In this document: positions 58,959 through 64,000 of the stretch, one piece after another | Position numbering within the stretch: the first letter of the stretch is position 1 | Layout: the number at the start of each line of letters is the position of its first letter | Program-made: the position numbers and the translations under genes | The notes under the pieces: generated by a model | Told to the model about the DNA's origin: nothing | Databases searched by the model: none | Seen by the model: only the letters and a program-made list of their open reading frames with translations | Source of the DNA: Thainema sp. | GTDB lineage: Bacteria; Cyanobacteriota; Cyanobacteriia; Phormidesmidales; Phormidesmidaceae | Assembly: GCA_052168235.1 (NCBI GenBank) | Contig: JBQLZK010000036.1 | Location: 1 to 64,000 of the forward strand | Reading direction: 5' to 3' | DNA: 64,000 bases

Positions 58959-61262
58959 TTATTCGGAGTCTTCCGCTGCTGCTAACGCCGCTTGTGTTTT
59001 CTCTCGATCGAGCTTGAAGACCACCACACCCAGCGGAGGTAGACAAACATCTAACGAGTGATAGTGTCCGTGTGCGCTCCAATCATCAGCCCACTTGCCG
59101 CCGTAGTTGCCCATACCGCTGCCGCCGTACTCTTTGGCATCGCTGTTAAACAGCTCTTTGTAATAGCCCGGTAGCGGTACGCCCACTTTGTAATGGCTGT
59201 GGGGCTGCGGCGTAAAATTGCAGACTGTGACCGTGAAGTCTTCTTCGTAGCCGTTGACCTTGCGCATGAAGGAAATCACGCTGTGGCTGTTGTCATTACA
59301 ATCAACCCACTCAAAACCATCGTAGGAGAAGTCATCCATGTAGAGGGATGGCTCACTGCGATAGAAGTGGTTGAGGTCGGTCATGAACTTCTTGAGCTTT
59401 CGGTGCGGCTCATACTGGAGCATATCCCACTCCAAATCACCCCACACATTCCACTCGCTCCACTGGCCATACTCCATGCTCATGAACAGCGTTTTCTTGC
59501 CAGGGTGGGTAAACATAAAAGTGTAGAGCGCTCGCATATTGGCAAACTTCTGCCAGCGATCGCCCGGCATCTTGCCCAGCATGTTGCTCTTGCCGTGTAC
59601 CACCTCATCATGGGAGAGCGCCAGCATAAAGTTTTCGCTGAAGGCGTACATGATGCTGAACGTCAGGTTGTTCTGATGGAACTGGCGGAACCAGGGATCC
59701 ATCGCGAAGTAGTCCAGCATATCGTGCATCCAGCCCATGTTCCACTTCAGGTTGAAACCCAGACCACCCACATAGGTTGGCCAAGACACCATCGGCCAGG
59801 ATGTTGATTCCTCTGCGATCGACAACGAGCCAGGATAGTAGCTGAAAATAACGTGGTTGACCTGTCGGAGGAAATCTGCCGCTTCAATATTCTCGCGACC
59901 GCCATACTCATTGGGAAGCCACTCGTCCCGCAGGTAGTCAAGATAGAGCATGGATGCCACTGCGTCGACTCGAATACCGTCGATGTGATACTTGTCGAAC
60001 CAGAACAGAGCGTTAGCAACTAAAAAGTTACGCACTTCATTGCGGGCGTAGTTAAAGACCAGCGTACCCCATTCTTTATGCTCACCTTTGCGCGGATCGC
60101 CGTGTTCATAAAGGTGCGTTCCATCAAATAGCGCTAGACCATGCCCATCTTTCGGGAAGTGACCCGGTACCCAGTCCACCAGCACACCAATACCGTTTAG
60201 GTGACACTGATCAATGAAGTACATCAGGTCTTCCGGCGAACCATAGCGGGAGGTGGCGGCGTAGTAGCCTGTCACTTGATAGCCCCAGGAGCCATCAAAC
60301 GGGTGTTCGGCAATGGGCAAGACTTCAATATGAGTGAAGCCCAGTTCTTTCACATAAGGAATTAACCGATCGGCAAGTTCCCGATAAGTTAAGAATCGCG
60401 CACCCGGCTTCAAATCTGCCGCTGCGACGGGCGGAATAATGTTGCCGTGGGCATCACGACCGGGATTATCCCAGTCGCCGTGCATCCAGGAGCCAAGGTG
60501 AACTTCATAGACCGATATCGGCTGCTTGAGCGCATCGCGATCGCGCCGTTGCTCTAGCCACTCTTGGTCATGCCATTCAAAAGAATCTAAGTCCGCCACA
60601 ATGGAGGCCGTCTTGGGCCGAACCTCCTGCTGGAAGCCATAGGGATCGGATTTTTCGTAGATGTGTCCGGCGTAGTTTTTGATTTCGTACTTGTAGTGAG
60701 TGCCATAATCCAGGTCAGGAATGAAGAGTTCCCACACGCCGTTGCCGAGCTTGCGCATCTGATGTTTACGACCATCCCAGTAATTGAAGTCACCCAAAAC
60801 CGATACATTGCGAGCATTGGGTGCCCAAACCGCAAAGTAAACACCTTTGACATCATCAATGGTTAGAACGTGAGCACCGAGCTTCTCGTAGATCCTATGG
60901 TGATTACCTTCGGCAAATAAATGAAAATCCATTTCCTGGAACTGGCAGTCCCGGAATGCATAGGGGTCGTGGATGGTGCGTTCGTGTTCTCCCTCTTTGA
61001 CGCGAAGCTGATAGTTTTTCAGATCGAAGTCTTCGATAACGCATTCAAAGAAGTGGGGATGATGAACAGACTGCATCGGGAATTCTTGCCGCTCTTCTGG
61101 GCAAACAACCGTTACGGCGCTGGCTTCGGGCTGATAGGCTCGCACAACCCAAACCGAATGGCCATTTTCCTGAATACGATGCGGACCCAGTACCTCAAAC
61201 GGATCATGATGATGGTTCCAAACAATGCGATCGATTTGGTCTGGAGCAACGGACATCACCAT
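58959..61262 (-). CDS. glgB: 1,4-alpha-glucan branching enzyme
   Basis: [46 protein letters not shown]; start 61262 or 61256. Confidence 0.97.
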   Translation of the reverse strand: MVMSVAPDQIDRIVWNHHHDPFEVLGPHRIQENGHSVWVVRAYQPEASAVTVVCPEERQEFPMQSVHHPHFFECVIEDFDLKNYQLRVKEGEHERTIHDPYAFRDCQFQEMDFHLFAEGNHHRIYEKLGAHVLTIDDVKGVYFAVWAPNARNVSVLGDFNYWDGRKHQMRKLGNGVWELFIPDLDYGTHYKYEIKNYAGHIYEKSDPYGFQQEVRPKTASIVADLDSFEWHDQEWLEQRRDRDALKQPISVYEVHLGSWMHGDWDNPGRDAHGNIIPPVAAADLKPGARFLTYRELADRLIPYVKELGFTHIEVLPIAEHPFDGSWGYQVTGYYAATSRYGSPEDLMYFIDQCHLNGIGVLVDWVPGHFPKDGHGLALFDGTHLYEHGDPRKGEHKEWGTLVFNYARNEVRNFLVANALFWFDKYHIDGIRVDAVASMLYLDYLRDEWLPNEYGGRENIEAADFLRQVNHVIFSYYPGSLSIAEESTSWPMVSWPTYVGGLGFNLKWNMGWMHDMLDYFAMDPWFRQFHQNNLTFSIMYAFSENFMLALSHDEVVHGKSNMLGKMPGDRWQKFANMRALYTFMFTHPGKKTLFMSMEYGQWSEWNVWGDLEWDMLQYEPHRKLKKFMTDLNHFYRSEPSLYMDDFSYDGFEWVDCNDNSHSVISFMRKVNGYEEDFTVTVCNFTPQPHSHYKVGVPLPGYYKELFNSDAKEYGGSGMGNYGGKWADDWSAHGHYHSLDVCLPPLGVVVFKLDREKTQAALAAAEDSE

Positions 61263-61666
61263 AGAATCTACCTTCCTAGCCTGATTAAGCTGATTTGAGA
61301 AAATGGTTGCTGGCTTAAAAATACAGCGTCGCTGGCAACATTTGTTAAAAGAACTGCAATAAACCGTATCAAATTCACGGGGAACACTCAAATAATCTAT
61401 TGCGTTGGGAGTCGGAGAGGAAGAATCGGAGGGTGGATTTGTGGAGGGTGGGAGAGCGTGGGGGAGTGGGGGAGTGGGAGCGCTATAAAGAAAGTGAGGC
61501 GAGAGGAATGAGGCGTAAAAAGGGCTGTAAGGCTCAGAGCTACTTGTCCTTAACACTCAGCATTCAGCACTCTAAATCCAAAATCCAAAATCCCCAGTAC
61601 TTAGCACTCAAGCCTTAGTTCTCTAAATCCAAAATCTAAAATCTAAAATCCCCAGCGCTTTGCGCT

Positions 61667-62008
61667 TTATTTCAGCAGAAACGGAAAGAAGGTGCGGATG
61701 GCGCGGCGGAGGCGGAGGAGGACAATGATTTCTTGAATTTGGGCGGCGACGACAGGATCGGTGGGGTCTTCTTGTAAGAGGGCTTGGAGTTCGGCGTATT
61801 CGGCAGCGGTGAGCAGTTCGCCGTCAATGGGCGATCGCGCTTCGGTGATGATTTCGGTGCGGAGAATTTCTTCGGGGGTATCTTCGGGTGGAGGGAGACA
61901 GCGACCAAGGGATGTGAAGCTGGTGGATAGGATAGTGCTCAGAGCTGAGATCGCAACTCTTCTGCTCCATGTTCTGCGCTGTTTGTGCTTGATCTGCCGT
62001 TGTTGCAT
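61667..62008 (-). CDS. Small conserved hypothetical protein
   Basis: LPPPEDTPEEILRTEIITEARSPIDG..LTAAEYAEL. Confidence 0.75.
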   Translation of the reverse strand: MQQRQIKHKQRRTWSRRVAISALSTILSTSFTSLGRCLPPPEDTPEEILRTEIITEARSPIDGELLTAAEYAELQALLQEDPTDPVVAAQIQEIIVLLRLRRAIRTFFPFLLK

Positions 62009-62053
62009 AGGGACGGATACGGTACACGGTGTTTAAATTTCTGACCAATCAGA

Positions 62054-63178
62054 TTAATACAACTCATACTTCATCAGTTGGCAGGGAAGTGAGCCGTTGT
62101 AGACCGGAAAGCGCTGGGCGGATTTGAGGCCAATCGTTTTCGACAGCTCTTTGTTGCCGCTGAGGACGAAGGCTGTCCAGCCTTTGAATCGCTGTTTGAG
62201 TACGTCTCCCAGAAGCTTATAGAATGCACCCAGATCCTTGGCCGATCCGAGTCGCTCACCGTAGGGCGGATTGCACATCAGGATGCCACTATCGGCGGGT
62301 GCTTCCACGTCGGCCAGTTCAGCAATGCTGAACTGCACCCGGTCGGAAACGCCGCAGTTTTTGGCATTGGTGCGAGCCTGCTGGATGACATCGGAGTTGA
62401 GATCGCAACCACCGATCCAGCTTGCCAGTTGCTCAGAGCGAGCAACCTGCGCGGCGGCCACCAACTGGTCAAACAGCTCAGCGTCGTAATCGGGCCAGGT
62501 TTGAAAGCCAAAGCGATCGCGAAATAGACCGGGTGCAATATTCAGGGATTTTAGACTGGCTTCCAGCGGTAGTGTTCCTGAACCACAGAGCGGATCGAAA
62601 AAAGGCTGATCCACTTGCCACTTGGAGAGTTGAATCAACGCTGCAGCCAGAGATTCCTTCAGCGGTGCTGCGCCGACGGCTGGCCGATAGCCGCGCCGAT
62701 GCAGACTGCTGCCGGAACTGTCTAAGCTGACCGTGGCGCGATCGCGATGCAGATGCAGGTTAATCTGCACGTCGGCGGCTTCGGTATCGACATTGGAGCG
62801 CTCATCAAACTGCTGCTGCTGCTGGTCAACGATGGCGGTTTTGGTCTGGAGCGCGGTGAAGTGGGTATGGTTTAACTGCTGGGTTTTGCCTGTGGCTCGC
62901 ACTGACAGGGTTTGCGCTGGGGTAAGATAGAGCGCCCAGTCGATTTGCTGGATACCGCTGTAAAGCTCGTCGGTATCGCGACAGGGGAATTCCGCGATTT
63001 GCAGCAGAATCCGAAACGGCAGCCGCGCCCAGAGATTGACCCGATATAGCAAAGTGCGATCGCCTGTGAACGATACGCCGCAAAAGCCCGGTTCTACGGC
63101 ATCTGCGCCCAACTGCCGCAGTTCCTCAGCCGCTAACTCTTCCAGTCCCCGCGCTACCGTAGCAAAATAGTGTGTCAT
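62054..63178 (-). CDS. THUMP-domain RNA methyltransferase (RlmL-like)
   Basis: SLHRRGYR, APLKESLAAA, DPLCGSGT, NPPYGER. Confidence 0.93.
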   Translation of the reverse strand: MTHYFATVARGLEELAAEELRQLGADAVEPGFCGVSFTGDRTLLYRVNLWARLPFRILLQIAEFPCRDTDELYSGIQQIDWALYLTPAQTLSVRATGKTQQLNHTHFTALQTKTAIVDQQQQQFDERSNVDTEAADVQINLHLHRDRATVSLDSSGSSLHRRGYRPAVGAAPLKESLAAALIQLSKWQVDQPFFDPLCGSGTLPLEASLKSLNIAPGLFRDRFGFQTWPDYDAELFDQLVAAAQVARSEQLASWIGGCDLNSDVIQQARTNAKNCGVSDRVQFSIAELADVEAPADSGILMCNPPYGERLGSAKDLGAFYKLLGDVLKQRFKGWTAFVLSGNKELSKTIGLKSAQRFPVYNGSLPCQLMKYELY

Positions 63179-63536
63179 ACAAGATTGTGAGAAGTGCGAT
63201 CGCAATACCAATCCAACGGAGGAAGGCAGATTGAATAAGCTGAAATTTCTGGGGTAGGGGCGCGGCATTGCCGTGCCTCTACGAGTTGGATAATCTACAG
63301 ATTATTGAATCCACCACCTTAAGAAGGACGCAGGCTTCTACGTCCCGTGTAAATCCTAAACAAAAACAGCGAACCGCATCTAGCAGTCCGCTGTTACCGA
63401 TTTACATCATACGGTTCAAAATCCAGTTGCCAACCACGTTTTACATTTTTGTAGGGGCGGGTTTCGTTGACCAATTTGATTAGAACCCGCAATTGATCGG
63501 CTAAACCCGCCCCTACGGTAAACGTGCATCAACAAC

Positions 63537-64000
63537 TTAAATTGTGCAGCTCAAATCGCCTGACTTCTGGGTAAACAGCAGATTTTCGCGATAGTCCACT
63601 GGGCAATCAATCACCACTGGCACATCCTGCTGAAGTGCTTCTTGCAGCGTCGGGATAAAGTCCTCCGTCTTCTCAATCCGGTAGCCCTTCAGTCCCATGC
63701 TTTCCGCGAAGCGCACAAAGTCTGGATTGGTGAAGTGAATAAACGCAGACTCGCCATACTGGTTAAGCTGCTTCCATTCAATCAGACCGTAGCCACCGTC
63801 ATTGAAGATGATGGTAACAAAGGCTGTCCCCACTCGCAGCGCCGTTTCCAACTCCTGACAGTTCATCATAAAACCGCCATCGCCCGTCACCGCGACGACA
63901 TTGCGGCTAGGGTGAACCAGTTTAGCTGCGATCGCACCTGGAATCGCGATACCCATCGCCGCAAATCCGTTAGAGATAATGCAGGTATTAGGCGATGCGC
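63537..64000 (-). CDS. ThDP-dependent acetolactate-synthase-like enzyme, probably cyanobacterial 2-oxoglutarate decarboxylase (3' part only)
   Basis: ISNGFAAMGIAIPGA, GDGGFMMNCQELET, FNDGGYG; runs off the window end. Confidence 0.85.
   Translation of the reverse strand, partial: ASPNTCIISNGFAAMGIAIPGAIAAKLVHPSRNVVAVTGDGGFMMNCQELETALRVGTAFVTIIFNDGGYGLIEWKQLNQYGESAFIHFTNPDFVRFAESMGLKGYRIEKTEDFIPTLQEALQQDVPVVIDCPVDYRENLLFTQKSGDLSCTI

Noticed and set aside
61263..61556. 98-aa N-terminal extension of GlgB
   Set aside because: Pro/Ser-rich translation of an intergenic repeat tract
1..64000. Many 60-200 aa ORFs overlapping long genes; tRNA/rRNA genes
   Set aside because: Shadow ORFs of well-supported CDSs; no tRNA or rRNA signature recognised by eye

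Overview
A 64-kb cyanobacterial chromosomal segment (abundant HIP1 GCGATCGC sites, short tandem repeats and GTAG-type palindromes; filamentous Leptolyngbya-like style, inferred). It contains housekeeping genes (S1-domain protein, rodA, mrp, glgB, THUMP RNA methyltransferase, partial 2-oxoglutarate decarboxylase-like gene) and three sensor kinases. A nitrate assimilation operon (nirA-nrtP-narB-PsiE-like-narM) has a canonical NtcA/NtcB promoter. Divergent from it is an atypical ccsB/ccsA cytochrome c maturation pair plus a Tat-lipoprotein Rieske gene, with no c-type cytochrome substrate seen in the window. There is also an arsenic/chromate island (arsI-like, arsR, padR, chrA, two Acr3-family genes, arsJ, gapdh), an IS630 copy with a premature stop, a lone AbiV-like gene, and several MITE/palindrome families, one of them nested. 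The most unusual structure is an integrase-less, integron-like two-cassette array on the minus strand at about 53.5-55.1 kb. It has an attI-like site, two attC-like sites, a HEPN-like gene and a GFA gene, is bracketed by HIP1 sites, and lies next to a small ORF with a highly structured candidate regulatory leader. No rRNA, tRNA or CRISPR array was seen. Family assignments are from motif recognition, not database searches.
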